From NCBI GenBank assembly GCA_964342815.1, contig CAYFHS010000003.1, forward strand, positions 64,001 to 128,000: a stretch of 64,000 bases of DNA. The letters run 5' to 3'. A program made the translations under genes and the position numbers. Below, piece by piece: positions 45,890 through 56,781 of the stretch (positions are counted from its first letter, which is position 1; every line of letters begins with the position of its first letter). Source of the DNA: an uncultured archaeon. Lineage in GTDB: Archaea; Thermoplasmatota; Penumbrarchaeia; JASLWR01. The notes under the pieces are model-generated. The model was given only the letters and a program-made list of their open reading frames with translations, ran no database searches and was not told the DNA's origin.

Positions 45890-47038
45890 TCAGGAAAGTT
45901 TCGGATAGGGGTACTCTTGGGCACGGTTTTGAAAACTCAATATCTTTGGATTTAATATTCGTCCGTTCTCCATCTCCACGGCATTTCGAATGGTGGGATC
46001 CTTTTCCCAGACCTCTTTACCGCCCATAACGGTTCCAATAAAGGGAATAAGAGCAGAACTTATCTCGTATGATGCAGAATACCAGAGGTAGGATGGAGAG
46101 TGGTCGACTGCGTAATATAGTAATTTACCGGCCATGAAGTTGGGTTTATCAAAGGACGTAGGGCGAGCAAATTCAAATCCCATTCCCAGATCGCAGCTTA
46201 CATCGATTATAAGAGCCCCCGGTCTTAATTTATCCAGATCCGTGTTTCGGACGAACATCAAAGGTCGATCAGTGTCCTGAAGAATGCAGTTAATAATAAT
46301 ATCATAGCTTCCCAATTCCTCGGGGCTAGGGATAATTTGGTTATCCTTTACCATTAATACATCGGAACTTCCAGGACTTTCTCTCATATACCGACCATGC
46401 TTTACAGAGGGAATCGGGGCGATTACAGCATAGTCGGGCCTCTGAGTAAATAACGTGATGTCAGTATATCCTTGTCCTACCAAAGCATGTATGGCACCAC
46501 GACCCGTTGAACCGAAACTGATAACCGCGGCTCGCTTTGCCGGGCCGTAATGTCCGGTCATCCCGGCAAGCCCAAGTGCGTGAAGCACACTGCAGTAACC
46601 GGCCATCTCATTGTTCTTATGAAAGACGTGCAGATCCTTAAACATGTCTCGTTTCCATAGATACATTGCTTCCCAGGCAATCAAGGTCATCTTTTTATCG
46701 ATTCCCATCTGTGTGATAGGTTCCCCCTGTACGCAATGCGGCCAACCCCAGAGAATTTGGCCATCCCGGAAAAAAGGAAAATCCCCCTCAGTGGGTTTGG
46801 GGAGTAGAATGATGTCGCATTTTTCGAAAAGCTCTTCGCGAGGCAAAATACCGGCTACCAATTTCTTTAGCCCTTTATCGTTCACACCGAATGGTTTGCC
46901 GTATCCTTCTTCGATATAGATACGGTTACGTAATGGACCATCCAATTCCAATAGATGGGACGGGAAAATTGGAACCCTGTGTTCATTCTCTTTTTTTGAT
47001 GAGCCAATAACACCCATTGTCAATTCATTAGAGGTCAT
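45890..47038 (-). CDS. AlaDH/PNT-family oxidoreductase, N5-(carboxyethyl)ornithine synthase-like
   Basis: KENEHRVPI.P, GWPHCVQ, KNNEMAGY..V.HAL, VISFGSTGRGA, LIIDVSCD.GMGF.FA.PT, YAVDHSPS. Confidence 0.8.
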   Translation of the reverse strand: MTSNELTMGVIGSSKKENEHRVPIFPSHLLELDGPLRNRIYIEEGYGKPFGVNDKGLKKLVAGILPREELFEKCDIILLPKPTEGDFPFFRDGQILWGWPHCVQGEPITQMGIDKKMTLIAWEAMYLWKRDMFKDLHVFHKNNEMAGYCSVLHALGLAGMTGHYGPAKRAAVISFGSTGRGAIHALVGQGYTDITLFTQRPDYAVIAPIPSVKHGRYMRESPGSSDVLMVKDNQIIPSPEELGSYDIIINCILQDTDRPLMFVRNTDLDKLRPGALIIDVSCDLGMGFEFARPTSFDKPNFMAGKLLYYAVDHSPSYLWYSASYEISSALIPFIGTVMGGKEVWEKDPTIRNAVEMENGRILNPKILSFQNRAQEYPYPKLS

Positions 47039-47229
47039 TAATTTCACCTTTTCATTCAATACCTTTCGTAGAGCACCATCTGTATTGCATATAAGTAATT
47101 TGCCGCTGTTATCTGCATTTAAGTTATCCTTATAAATCTTTCACTCTATAATCTGGCGATCAAGGAACTTCACCCTGAGAATGACTTTTAAAAAAATCTT
47201 AGATGGTCCTCAAACCTGGAAAGAAAAGC

Positions 47230-50200
47230 TCACCCACCATACTTCCCATGGCCATCGTCCACATTCTTCTTTTGTAAATTCTCCGGGCTGTACCGCGAGT
47301 TGATGAACAATGGAACATACCCTTCGGGAACCCTTCCATAAGGACGAGGTTCTTCGATCTCCTGCACCGGTCGCGGTTCTTCCATCTTGCGTCTTCTTTT
47401 GAAAATATAGATTATCTGTACGACCACCAGAGCGATCAATATAACAAAAAACCAGGTCCATATAGACCAGCAGATACCACCTGAACTGACGGATTCACTG
47501 CCAGTGCCATCATCGTTATCGTCATCATCTGCCGCAGGACTCTCACCTGCCACCGTTACGGGAATTGTCAGCTCTTTGGTTATATTTTTGTAGACTGCTT
47601 TTATTATCAATTGTAAATTCCCACTGTTCATCACATCTTCAACGGAAATTCCAGGCAGATTGACGAGGCCCGAAATGCCTGTAATAACGCCAACCTTTGC
47701 AAGAATCGAAGCGGGTACGTATGCGTAATCCGCAAAAGGTCCAGCCGTATCGAAATAAAGGGTAATGGGAGCATTGCCATTGTTTTTCACGGTAAAATTG
47801 AAAGTTGCATTCACATCCCTTTCGATATCCAAACGGGAGATTTCCGTGTTAATGTCGAATTCGATTATAGGCTGAAACGAGTCGTTGACGAAAAAAGACC
47901 ATGTCGCGCTTAAACATTCACCTACATAGGGCCCGGCAACGGGGATCACGGACCAGTAGTAGATCGAAGCAACATCCAGATTCGTTATCAAATAATTTTC
48001 CTCATTTGTAACGGCGATCTCGATCAGGTTATCCATTGTCTTGTTGAGTAACACACGGTACGAGACCGGATATTCCGTTGGATTAGTGGTCTCCCATTCC
48101 AGATTGATGGAATTCGTATCGATCGTTCCTACGTTCTGGGGGAACATAAGTTTCGTTCGCGGTATCGGGATATATGCATCTATTTCAAAACTCCAGATCC
48201 CATCCATGGAAACCGACGAGGAGACATTGTCTTTAGCTTCGACGTACCAGTAGTAAGTTGAGCCGTCATCAAGGCCAGAAAGGGTATGATTAGCGAACTT
48301 GAGATCCGAAACGTTCAGCGGAGGATTTTCGGTCTTGCCTAAGTACAGGTCATAGGAAATATCCTTTGGATTATTGTCGACATCAAAAACATCCCATGAC
48401 AACGTTACGTTGGTATACTCCAGTATCCCGCCATCCATTGGGGATATGTGCCAGGAAGAGGGAGGATCGTTTACATTGTTGACGACTATATCGAAAGCGG
48501 GAGCTAGGGTGGAAATTCCGAAGATATTTTCACAGCTGACCACCACCGATGCTTTCCCGGTCCAGTTATCTGCGAGATGGTCAACGGCCAGGTAGGAGCC
48601 TGTCACGGAAAGGTTGACGTTGCCATCCTCGGAATTGCTTTGGACCGCATAAGCGGGTGGAGAAAATACCGAATACTGGTCCTCAAAATATTCCGATAGA
48701 TCAACAATATTGTCATTAAGCGTATCTTCCAATATATTAATGGTTTCAATATCTTTAATGAAGATCGGTGAATCGGGTTCTTTTAGGTAAGCCCCCCACT
48801 CTTTCAATGCCGGTGTTTCCGTTTTCGACCCTCCCAAGCGCGCTTCCAGGTAAATTGATGGATGCGCCATCGGATTCATCCAACTAAGGTCGAAAGAACC
48901 GTATGAATGGTCAGTAACATCCTTCATCAGTTCCTGGCCGGTAGCTGTATCGAACACGGAAATATTCAGATAGGTTCCCGCGGGTACGATTCTATTGAAT
49001 GAGACGGAATCCCAGACGAAACTGTCGGGCGGCTTTATTTCCACTGAACGAAGTCTGCCTTCCGGTCGAAACAACATTGCGTTACGTACCGCCATCCCGG
49101 ATGTGACGGTTGTGTTCGTGATACAAAGCTCATCAATATTACCTCTGTAATAATCACTTTTCGCAGGCCCGTCGCACCCAATATTCAGCACAGCCGAGTC
49201 CGAGGACAAGGTGCCCGCGGCAGAGATTGCGTGGTCCGCCCCCACAAGTTCACCATCGACATAGAGAGAAATACTATCCTGAGAATCCTTTGATGCTGCA
49301 AAATTATGCCACTCACTATCCTGAAAGGTACCGGTTGATGTTACAACGTCGTCGGGGCCCCACAATGCGTCATCGTCGATCCCGAAAGAGAGATGCCCGT
49401 CGGAGCTTAGCCAGACCTTGTACCCTTGATCGGAATCATAATGGGATACGATATGCTGCTCAAGGACAAAATCCACAACAAGAAGAGGCGCGGCCTCGGT
49501 TTCACCATCATAGGATTCCGCGGTCCTTAGGCCGGTTCCCACAACAATGGCAACGAGAGAATTGCCAAAGGCCCAACCGTCCCGATCCACGATCTCCTGG
49601 ATGATGGGCGATAGATCCTCCGATTGATGTTTTTCGTTAATTACGTTCCAGGGGGGAACATTGCTCCACTGAACGTAATTCGAAGTTTTCGGCCTACTGG
49701 AAATATCGAAAGAATTACTGGTGAAACCGGTGGCATCATCCGTATCCTCGCAGTAAAAACGCAGATCGGTGGCTCCCGATTCCGCCTCGTCGCATTCGAA
49801 CTCAATATACGCATTTTTTATGGTAGCCCCATTGGGTATCTCCACATTCTGAAAACGCATCCCCACGTGCTGTAGTCCCTTCCCGCTGTTATCGACCAAT
49901 TCTAGGTCGGATGAGTCAAGGTCCATTCTTCCAGCGGAGTTCATTGCATACTCCTCTGCGTCGTCATTACGCTCTATGACCCTGACGGATATGCTGCCGC
50001 CCGGATACGGGCCCGGACTCTTGAACCAGCCGGTAATCCCGAAGCTCGCCGTCCCGAAATTGAACTTATCAGTGTAAGGAACACCCACATAATCATTCAC
50101 GCCGTCCAATGCCAGCGATCCATGGAAAAGTCCACCTGCTATCATCCCCCCGTATATCGTCCCGTCATTCCCGTGACCGCTGGAATCATAAGCGGTGTTC

Positions 50201-50511
50201 CATGTCCCGTTGTCGAAATGCCATAGCCCTGCGCTGTGTTCACCCGGAACCATAAAATTATCCTGCAGCTGAGCCTGTCCGCCCGTCACACTGATATTTT
50301 CTTTGGAAGAAATGCTATCCGTATCAATAAAATTGTCAAAAAAATATTCTTCAGAGACAGCACGGGGCGAGATCGATCTTTCCAGGGAAGTGAAATTCGA
50401 ACCCGTGGTATCATGAAAACTATTTCCACCCTCTTGGGTCGAAAATGGGATGGAGATTAACATGCCCATTATGATAATGAATATTATCGGTGCGGATATT
50501 CTTTGTATCAT
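47230..50511 (-). CDS. Large membrane-anchored surface protein with LamG-like and Ig/FN3-like domains
   Basis: Signal peptide; GLWHFD.G..AYDSSGHGNDG, SLALDGVNDYV, WHNFA, LYVDGELV, G.IDEL; L.DGSTYYWYV; C-terminal TM then KRRRK. Confidence 0.85.
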   Translation of the reverse strand: MIQRISAPIIFIIIMGMLISIPFSTQEGGNSFHDTTGSNFTSLERSISPRAVSEEYFFDNFIDTDSISSKENISVTGGQAQLQDNFMVPGEHSAGLWHFDNGTWNTAYDSSGHGNDGTIYGGMIAGGLFHGSLALDGVNDYVGVPYTDKFNFGTASFGITGWFKSPGPYPGGSISVRVIERNDDAEEYAMNSAGRMDLDSSDLELVDNSGKGLQHVGMRFQNVEIPNGATIKNAYIEFECDEAESGATDLRFYCEDTDDATGFTSNSFDISSRPKTSNYVQWSNVPPWNVINEKHQSEDLSPIIQEIVDRDGWAFGNSLVAIVVGTGLRTAESYDGETEAAPLLVVDFVLEQHIVSHYDSDQGYKVWLSSDGHLSFGIDDDALWGPDDVVTSTGTFQDSEWHNFAASKDSQDSISLYVDGELVGADHAISAAGTLSSDSAVLNIGCDGPAKSDYYRGNIDELCITNTTVTSGMAVRNAMLFRPEGRLRSVEIKPPDSFVWDSVSFNRIVPAGTYLNISVFDTATGQELMKDVTDHSYGSFDLSWMNPMAHPSIYLEARLGGSKTETPALKEWGAYLKEPDSPIFIKDIETINILEDTLNDNIVDLSEYFEDQYSVFSPPAYAVQSNSEDGNVNLSVTGSYLAVDHLADNWTGKASVVVSCENIFGISTLAPAFDIVVNNVNDPPSSWHISPMDGGILEYTNVTLSWDVFDVDNNPKDISYDLYLGKTENPPLNVSDLKFANHTLSGLDDGSTYYWYVEAKDNVSSSVSMDGIWSFEIDAYIPIPRTKLMFPQNVGTIDTNSINLEWETTNPTEYPVSYRVLLNKTMDNLIEIAVTNEENYLITNLDVASIYYWSVIPVAGPYVGECLSATWSFFVNDSFQPIIEFDINTEISRLDIERDVNATFNFTVKNNGNAPITLYFDTAGPFADYAYVPASILAKVGVITGISGLVNLPGISVEDVMNSGNLQLIIKAVYKNITKELTIPVTVAGESPAADDDDNDDGTGSESVSSGGICWSIWTWFFVILIALVVVQIIYIFKRRRKMEEPRPVQEIEEPRPYGRVPEGYVPLFINSRYSPENLQKKNVDDGHGKYGG

Positions 50512-50683
50512 GTATCAAGTTCTCCCAAATATGTGAATCGCTTATATATTATTCATAATATTATATTCTATTTTCTCTTGGAATTAGTTTCAAAGAAAGC
50601 TCGTACTCTGCGTTTGCTCGCTCGGGTAGTGCCGCCCCTTTGTGCTCTTCGATGTGGTATTTGTTACAAATTCTCTCAAGTGA

Positions 50684-51388
50684 CTATTCCTCGACACCCC
50701 TTCTACCGTGGAGCTCTTTTGCCATACGAATATTCACATCCGCCTTGTGAATAATTATAAGTGCAGTACCCAGCAGTAACGTCGAAATTCCAAAACCGAA
50801 GGTGAACATCCCCGTCACACAAAATATCTTCGCAGCTCGATTCCTTCCATTCTTTAAAGCTAAAATTCCCAATAACTGAGTTATAGTCGTTACCGAAAAA
50901 AACAGAGTGAAACCGGTGCAGTAATTTCCCATACGGGCTGACGATAGATGGCCGGATTCCACGACACCAGTTTCGTTTCCTATCACGAAATCGAGATGAT
51001 AGGTTCGGTCCGGTTCATTGAATACGTTATACGTGGTCAGGAGGTGAACCCGTCTTAATGAACCGTTATAATAAATCTCGATTGTGGTATCACCTGGCTC
51101 CACCTGCTGCACCGAAAAGAAACCGGTACTGTTCGTCGAGATGTTCGCCGTGACGCCGGAGATCATAATTTCCGCACCCAAGACAGGAGCCCCGTGCTCA
51201 TCCACCACATCACCGGATATGTTTACTCCGGCACCAAGACTGCCCAGCCTGTTTCCCAGTACCAGTAGAAAAACGATAAATACCACGGACCAGAAAAGTG
51301 ACATGAACATCATTATCCGGGCTCGCCTCAGAAGCGGTGCAGCCGATTCTTCCAAGCGTTTAGCACCCTCGGGTACCATAATAATCAT
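50684..51388 (-). CDS. Membrane protein with carboxypeptidase-regulatory-like (prealbumin-fold) domain
   Basis: TM helix, ISG.VVDE.G.PV.GA.I, TNSTG.F...V.PG, C-terminal TM helices. Confidence 0.75.
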   Translation of the reverse strand: MIIMVPEGAKRLEESAAPLLRRARIMMFMSLFWSVVFIVFLLVLGNRLGSLGAGVNISGDVVDEHGAPVLGAEIMISGVTANISTNSTGFFSVQQVEPGDTTIEIYYNGSLRRVHLLTTYNVFNEPDRTYHLDFVIGNETGVVESGHLSSARMGNYCTGFTLFFSVTTITQLLGILALKNGRNRAAKIFCVTGMFTFGFGISTLLLGTALIIIHKADVNIRMAKELHGRRGVEE

Positions 51389-52044
51389 TCCTTCGGAGGT
51401 TTTAATTCAGGAAGTTCATCCAGAGAACTAATGAAGAATGTGGGGTTGGTCTTGTCGTAATTGTGAAAATGGCTTCGGATAAGATGAGCCGTATAAACCC
51501 CTGCGGCATCACCCGCCATAACGTCCAGTTCGCTGTCACCGATCATCAAAGCCTTGTCGGGTGAAACACCCATTTTTTCCAGGACCACATTTATACCGTG
51601 GGGATGCGGTTTTGAATATTCTTCATTGTACTGTGTCGCGTACAAAAACTCGAAATGATCCTTGAGACCGGTTCTGCGCAGCTCCAGTCTCGCGACCGAA
51701 TCCGGAGTGTTGCTCACCATTGCGATCCGGCCCTTGAGACGGTCCAGTGCTCCCACGTCCGGATAGGCTTTCAGGAATCCTTCATCGAGAAGCCGTTCCC
51801 GCTCCTTGTAATCCTCCTCCTCCAGCCTTTTCCAGTAGTCCCGCGGTTCCTTTATACCCAGTCCCCGGAGATAGAGATTCGACTCATGGTTGGGCAGCTT
51901 GAGAGCAGTGTAGAGATCGTCGTCGGGAGGAAGAAATACACCAAATTCCTCGTAAACGCGTCTTTGAAACTTTCGAAACCAGGTAATGTCCTTGATATCG
52001 ATGAGGGTTCCGTCCAGATCGAAAATATAAGCATCGAACATCAC
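51385..52044 (-). CDS. HAD-superfamily hydrolase
   Basis: FDLDGTL, VSN, SKPHP, MIGDSELD..AG.AAG. Confidence 0.92.
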   Translation of the reverse strand: MMFDAYIFDLDGTLIDIKDITWFRKFQRRVYEEFGVFLPPDDDLYTALKLPNHESNLYLRGLGIKEPRDYWKRLEEEDYKERERLLDEGFLKAYPDVGALDRLKGRIAMVSNTPDSVARLELRRTGLKDHFEFLYATQYNEEYSKPHPHGINVVLEKMGVSPDKALMIGDSELDVMAGDAAGVYTAHLIRSHFHNYDKTNPTFFISSLDELPELKPPKE

Positions 52045-52326
52045 CTGCGTTAAGGGAACGATTATATTTTAATATTGTTTCCAATGGTCAATGGAATTGT
52101 GCTGGGTTGTTGTGTTAACGGCGATAGTGCAAATTGGATTTTTTTATATCGTGGACGAGAGCGCCGTTTGCTTCAGCTCGGCGCTCTCTTAAGATAAGAA
52201 AGTCGGTGCCACTTCATAGAAGTTCAGGCAAAGAAGATTTCCGGACTGAGCCAGAACCCCCTAATTTTTTGAATATAAATCAAAAATATCAAATAACCCA
52301 AATTTCATTCATACCTGTGTGATACA

Positions 52327-54042
52327 TTGAGAAATGCCTGGATCAGCTTGGTAATAATAACGATCTTTCTTGTTGCCACGCTTTTCGTCGGCTGCACGGA
52401 TGATCCTGATGAAAAGGACGACGGGAAAGATTTTCCAGATAACAAAGACGATGACGACATGGAAGATGACGATAATACCGGCGATGATGATGATGACGAT
52501 ACACCGAAAGACCCGCAGATATCCGGTTTCGATTTCAAGCTTGAGACTGGCACTTTTTGGAATTTCTACTGGAAGACTGAGGACTACTCCTGGGTTCAGG
52601 GAAATGATCCAAACACGGATACATTTATCGGTGATTTCAAGGTCGAACTGGGGGTCTCTGTGGACATTGACGGCGTTAATGCTTTTGCGGTGAGCGTATC
52701 CGGAGACAGCACCGACGAGGATTTCGATTTCGCTCCGATATGGACTCACCTTGCCGTTGACGGAAATCAGCTTCTCGGATCCACCGACGGCCTAACGCTC
52801 GAGATAGTATTCGACGGCATGACCGGGAAATGGATGGGAGGCGGTTTCTTCACATCTTTCCCCGATGATACGGAGCTCACGGCAAAATCGGGCCAGATCA
52901 GCAACGAATACATAGAAACACCGGCATACTCGGTGGGGCGGTCGGACAGCCAAACCGGCACGGTGTATATACCGGAGACCGGGGAGACCATCGACACCGG
53001 TGATGACGATATCACATACAATGAGAATGAATACTTCAAAGGAGGTCTGGGGCCGGTGGGATACTATTATTACTATTCCTATTCAAGCGACGGCGGCGGA
53101 TTTTACACGTCATTTTCCACCAAACGGATCGTGGGACTGGTAGAAACCACACTTACTGCAGATGACGGTTTCGTGCCCAAGCTGCCTCCGTGGGTCCGCA
53201 AGAGCGACATGCCGGTATCCAGGAACAAGGGATCCGCTGCGGCGGTGGATGACATAATATATCTGGTTGGTGGTGGTGTTACCGGAGTGGATGCATATGA
53301 TCCAGTCACTGACACGTGGTCGGAAAAGACTCCCATGCCAGTTGTGAGATACGAGACTACAAGTGCATCGGTGAGCGGCAAGATATACGTTTTCGGAAGC
53401 GAGAGCACCCGGGTGGACGTCTACTATCCCACCATGGACAGCTGGACCACTGCCGGAGATATGCCGAAGGAGTATGAATACGTGAGATGCGCTGCAGTGG
53501 GGGACCAGATCGTTCTCATGGGTGATACCAGCTCAAAATGGTACGACCCGAACATCGAGGTCCAGATGTACACCCCAGGCGAGGAAAAGTGGGAGCTCAT
53601 GGGAACTCTGCCCAGCGATCTGGAAAGGACCGCCTTTGCCCTAGCCGCCGTGGATTCGTACGTATTCGTCATCGGTGGTTACAAGGGGGATCTCGACCCA
53701 AAGCAGACGCTTCGGTATCATGCCGGAACAGAGATAATTGAAGAGGAAGGATGGCTCAATGAGGCCCGAAGCTTTTCCACGGCGGCCTCGGTGGACGGCG
53801 AGATATTCGCCATCGGGGGCCATACGGATGCCGGTTACAAGGATGCTGTGGAATCTTACGACACGTCATCTTCCGGGAACTACTGGTTCGAACGCTCGTC
53901 CATGTCAACGCCCAGATCGCATATAACTTGCGCTGTTGTTGATGACGTAATATATGTTTTCGGCGGGCAGAACAATGACAAGCTTAAGTTGGTAGAGAAA
54001 TACGATCCGGCAACGGACGTGGAGATAAACGTCGTTGAATAA
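52327..54042 (+). CDS. Kelch-repeat lipoprotein with Asp-rich linker
   Basis: Signal peptide ending LFVGC, DDDD tract, repeated IY.VGG / YDP.TDTW / IYVFGG Kelch blades. Confidence 0.85.
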   Translation: MRNAWISLVIITIFLVATLFVGCTDDPDEKDDGKDFPDNKDDDDMEDDDNTGDDDDDDTPKDPQISGFDFKLETGTFWNFYWKTEDYSWVQGNDPNTDTFIGDFKVELGVSVDIDGVNAFAVSVSGDSTDEDFDFAPIWTHLAVDGNQLLGSTDGLTLEIVFDGMTGKWMGGGFFTSFPDDTELTAKSGQISNEYIETPAYSVGRSDSQTGTVYIPETGETIDTGDDDITYNENEYFKGGLGPVGYYYYYSYSSDGGGFYTSFSTKRIVGLVETTLTADDGFVPKLPPWVRKSDMPVSRNKGSAAAVDDIIYLVGGGVTGVDAYDPVTDTWSEKTPMPVVRYETTSASVSGKIYVFGSESTRVDVYYPTMDSWTTAGDMPKEYEYVRCAAVGDQIVLMGDTSSKWYDPNIEVQMYTPGEEKWELMGTLPSDLERTAFALAAVDSYVFVIGGYKGDLDPKQTLRYHAGTEIIEEEGWLNEARSFSTAASVDGEIFAIGGHTDAGYKDAVESYDTSSSGNYWFERSSMSTPRSHITCAVVDDVIYVFGGQNNDKLKLVEKYDPATDVEINVVE

Positions 54043-54154
54043 GACCCCTTCGGTCGCTATTCCGTCCCGGACCTGATAAGTTCCACAGTTATCCTACTTT
54101 ATAACGATAAATAAAAAATAAAATAGAAATAGTGGGATAACTATTAGATAATGT

Positions 54155-55303
54155 ATGGTATCGGTGAAAACCAGGACCGTGAAAGGAAATGATTACGTAT
54201 ATGTTTCCGCAACGGCATCCTTTAGAGGAGAGAAGAAAAGTTTCGAGAAGATGGTGGGGCGGAAAGGTACGGACGAAAGTCTCCTTGCCGACAGGATAAA
54301 ATTCTATTCGGAGCTGATGTCTCTAAAGGCCGATCTATACCGAATGTATCTTGAGATAAAAGGCACAAAATTGGATCATCTGGATAAAAAATGCGCGATT
54401 TTTCTGGTACTGCTGCCATCGTTCTACAGAAAATACCTGTCGAACCTGTACCCTTCCGAGTTGGAAAAATACAGAAATAATTTCGATGTACGTTATATTC
54501 ACAATACAAATGCAATAGAGGGAAATACCATATCACTAAAAGAAACTGCAATGATGCTGGACCACAATCTATCACCCAGATCGAAGAAATTAAGAGAGAT
54601 CCACGAGATAGAGAACTTCACGAAGGTTCTTAATTACGTAAGAAAATATGATAAGGGCATCAACAAGAAATTTATGCTGAAACTTCATGAATTGATAACC
54701 AGGAACATAGACGACAACACTGCAGGGAACTTCCGAAGGATAAGCATAGGTATCTCGGGAAGCAAATGGGAACCTGTCCCCGCCATCTCGGTACAGGAGG
54801 AGCTGGATGATCTGCTGAAGTGGTATAAGGGGGGAAAAGAAAAAATAAATCCATTTGAGCTCGCAGGCATATTCAATCATCGGTTCCTTCAGATACACCC
54901 CTTCGTGGACGGGAACGGAAGGGTAGCGAGGGAACTTTTTAATTTCATACTCCAAAGAGCCGGATTCCCACCCATCATCGTTCCGGTGATAAGACGCGAC
55001 GACTACATGGATTATCTTGAAAAGGCGGATGAAGGCGATATCAGGCCGTTACTTAGATTCTATTTTCAATTATTGGTTACAGATTATATCATGGTTGTAA
55101 GCGAGGTATTCGCGCAGGAACAGATGAAGTTTACCGATAGTTTGAAAAGTGTCGATGAGGATGAGATCACCGGTTCTGAATTAATGGAATACTTCGAGAT
55201 ACTAAGATGGTTCTTTGGTTTGCTGGGTGAGTTGTACGAGGGTGATGTCTTCAAGCTCGAGGATGTGGGGAAGTTGATGGAAGGATTGTCAATATCGCAA
55301 TGA
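54155..55303 (+). CDS. Fic family protein
   Basis: HPFVDGNGRVAR Fic motif; upstream TNAIEGN matches the (S/T)xxxE(G/N) inhibitory motif. Confidence 0.92.
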   Translation: MVSVKTRTVKGNDYVYVSATASFRGEKKSFEKMVGRKGTDESLLADRIKFYSELMSLKADLYRMYLEIKGTKLDHLDKKCAIFLVLLPSFYRKYLSNLYPSELEKYRNNFDVRYIHNTNAIEGNTISLKETAMMLDHNLSPRSKKLREIHEIENFTKVLNYVRKYDKGINKKFMLKLHELITRNIDDNTAGNFRRISIGISGSKWEPVPAISVQEELDDLLKWYKGGKEKINPFELAGIFNHRFLQIHPFVDGNGRVARELFNFILQRAGFPPIIVPVIRRDDYMDYLEKADEGDIRPLLRFYFQLLVTDYIMVVSEVFAQEQMKFTDSLKSVDEDEITGSELMEYFEILRWFFGLLGELYEGDVFKLEDVGKLMEGLSISQ

Positions 55304-55368
55304 ACTCTTCTTTCACAGCGATCCAACTTGGGTATTTTTCCATGACCTCTTTGCTATTTTCTATCTTC

Positions 55369-56073
55369 TTACATACTTCTCCCAACCTTATTTATTTTAG
55401 AAAATAATGCATCTTTCATAATATCTTGTTCATTATCTATAACCAACATCCATTTTTGTTCATCCGGGTGGGGCCACTCAATGATATTACAATACAAATC
55501 CTGTTCCCCCGCCAGATCTTTCATTTTTTCTATCGTATAGAAAACACAGGGAGGATAAACCCATTCCTCACCCGAATAATTTTCTTCCCCTTGACTGAAG
55601 GTTGCAACAATTATTGAGTTTTCTTTCATCGATTTTCTAATTTCACTAAAGCACCTTTTTATCTGCCTTTCGGATGCATGAGTGAAAATAGATTGAGCAA
55701 GGAAGAAGTCAAATTGCACTCCGAAAGTAGTGCATGAAAAATTATTATCATTGATTATGGTTGGTTCTTTGATCTTGAAAATATCCTTACCCAATTCCAA
55801 TTCAATTCCCTCTTCGATTAACCATTGATTTGGTTCAATCCCATAATACCTTCCTGGAAGTAAATATGGAATAAACAATTTCCCTCCTCTCAACGAACCG
55901 CACCCAATGTCTAATAGATAGTGCTCCTCTCTAAGACCAAGTGAGGTTAACAAATTGAACTGTATTGCTGAACATAGGTCGTAGTTCTTTGCCGGTCCCA
56001 CATAGGCCCTGTAATGTCTTGCTCCATTCTCCAAGTCAAGTCCCAATCGAGCTTCTTCTGAAATCACTTTCAT
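55369..56073 (-). CDS. Class I SAM-dependent methyltransferase
   Basis: LLDIGCGSLRGG, YYGIEP, FD..LAQSIFTH. Confidence 0.85.
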   Translation of the reverse strand: MKVISEEARLGLDLENGARHYRAYVGPAKNYDLCSAIQFNLLTSLGLREEHYLLDIGCGSLRGGKLFIPYLLPGRYYGIEPNQWLIEEGIELELGKDIFKIKEPTIINDNNFSCTTFGVQFDFFLAQSIFTHASERQIKRCFSEIRKSMKENSIIVATFSQGEENYSGEEWVYPPCVFYTIEKMKDLAGEQDLYCNIIEWPHPDEQKWMLVIDNEQDIMKDALFSKINKVGRSM

Positions 56074-56085
56074 AAAACCATGCTC

Positions 56086-56775
56086 CTAACCAAACAGTAT
56101 TGTAATTTGTTCCTTCAAATCTTCAATAGAGATTTTATTTATATCGAACGCCTCCAGCCCCCCGACTCTTGCTGGTATGATATCAAAATCCAGTGAATCA
56201 CCCACCATGGCAACAGCACCGTATTCTTCTCTTAGATATTGATATGTCCTAGCTTCCTTCTCCATACCCAATGGAATAATTCGAGGATTGGATGAAATCT
56301 TATCAGTAACGAAGACGTGTGGATTTCCCGGTAGAAAGTCGTCTGGAAATCGGTCCAGTTTGAATCCCGCTTCAGTTGCAGATGAATCAGTAAAAAGATA
56401 ATATATATGTTCATTTCCAATGATAGTATTAAGAAGATCAGTTATTTTGGGAAAAACCTTCATTTCTTCAAGACTTTTCCAATAAATATTATTAAGTTCT
56501 GGTAGGTGATTTTCAATAAGCCTCTCTTCAACACCGAGGAAGCTAAGAAGCATTCTGAAACGTATGTTTAGATCATTTTTATCATTCATTCGGAAGACGC
56601 TGAATTGTACATTGGTGATTTTATTCAACAGTTCTCTGTTTATCTGTACTTCAAATTGAGGAAAACACTTCTTTAGGTATTCCAAACACTGCTCATAAGC
56701 AATTATTTTTCGCTCTTGGGCATCGCAAATGGTACCGTCTATATCGATTAATACGCTTTTCCCTCGTTTGCACAT
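56086..56775 (-). CDS. HAD-superfamily hydrolase
   Basis: IDIDGTI, MVGDSLDFDI.PA...GL. Confidence 0.8.
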   Translation of the reverse strand: MCKRGKSVLIDIDGTICDAQERKIIAYEQCLEYLKKCFPQFEVQINRELLNKITNVQFSVFRMNDKNDLNIRFRMLLSFLGVEERLIENHLPELNNIYWKSLEEMKVFPKITDLLNTIIGNEHIYYLFTDSSATEAGFKLDRFPDDFLPGNPHVFVTDKISSNPRIIPLGMEKEARTYQYLREEYGAVAMVGDSLDFDIIPARVGGLEAFDINKISIEDLKEQITILFG

Positions 56776-56781
56776 TTCAAC

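Noticed and set aside
52309-52749. 146-aa minus-strand ORF that appears to have a TM segment
   Set aside because: Antisense to the Asp-rich linker of the Kelch lipoprotein; reversed gat/gac codons give Ile/Val runs.
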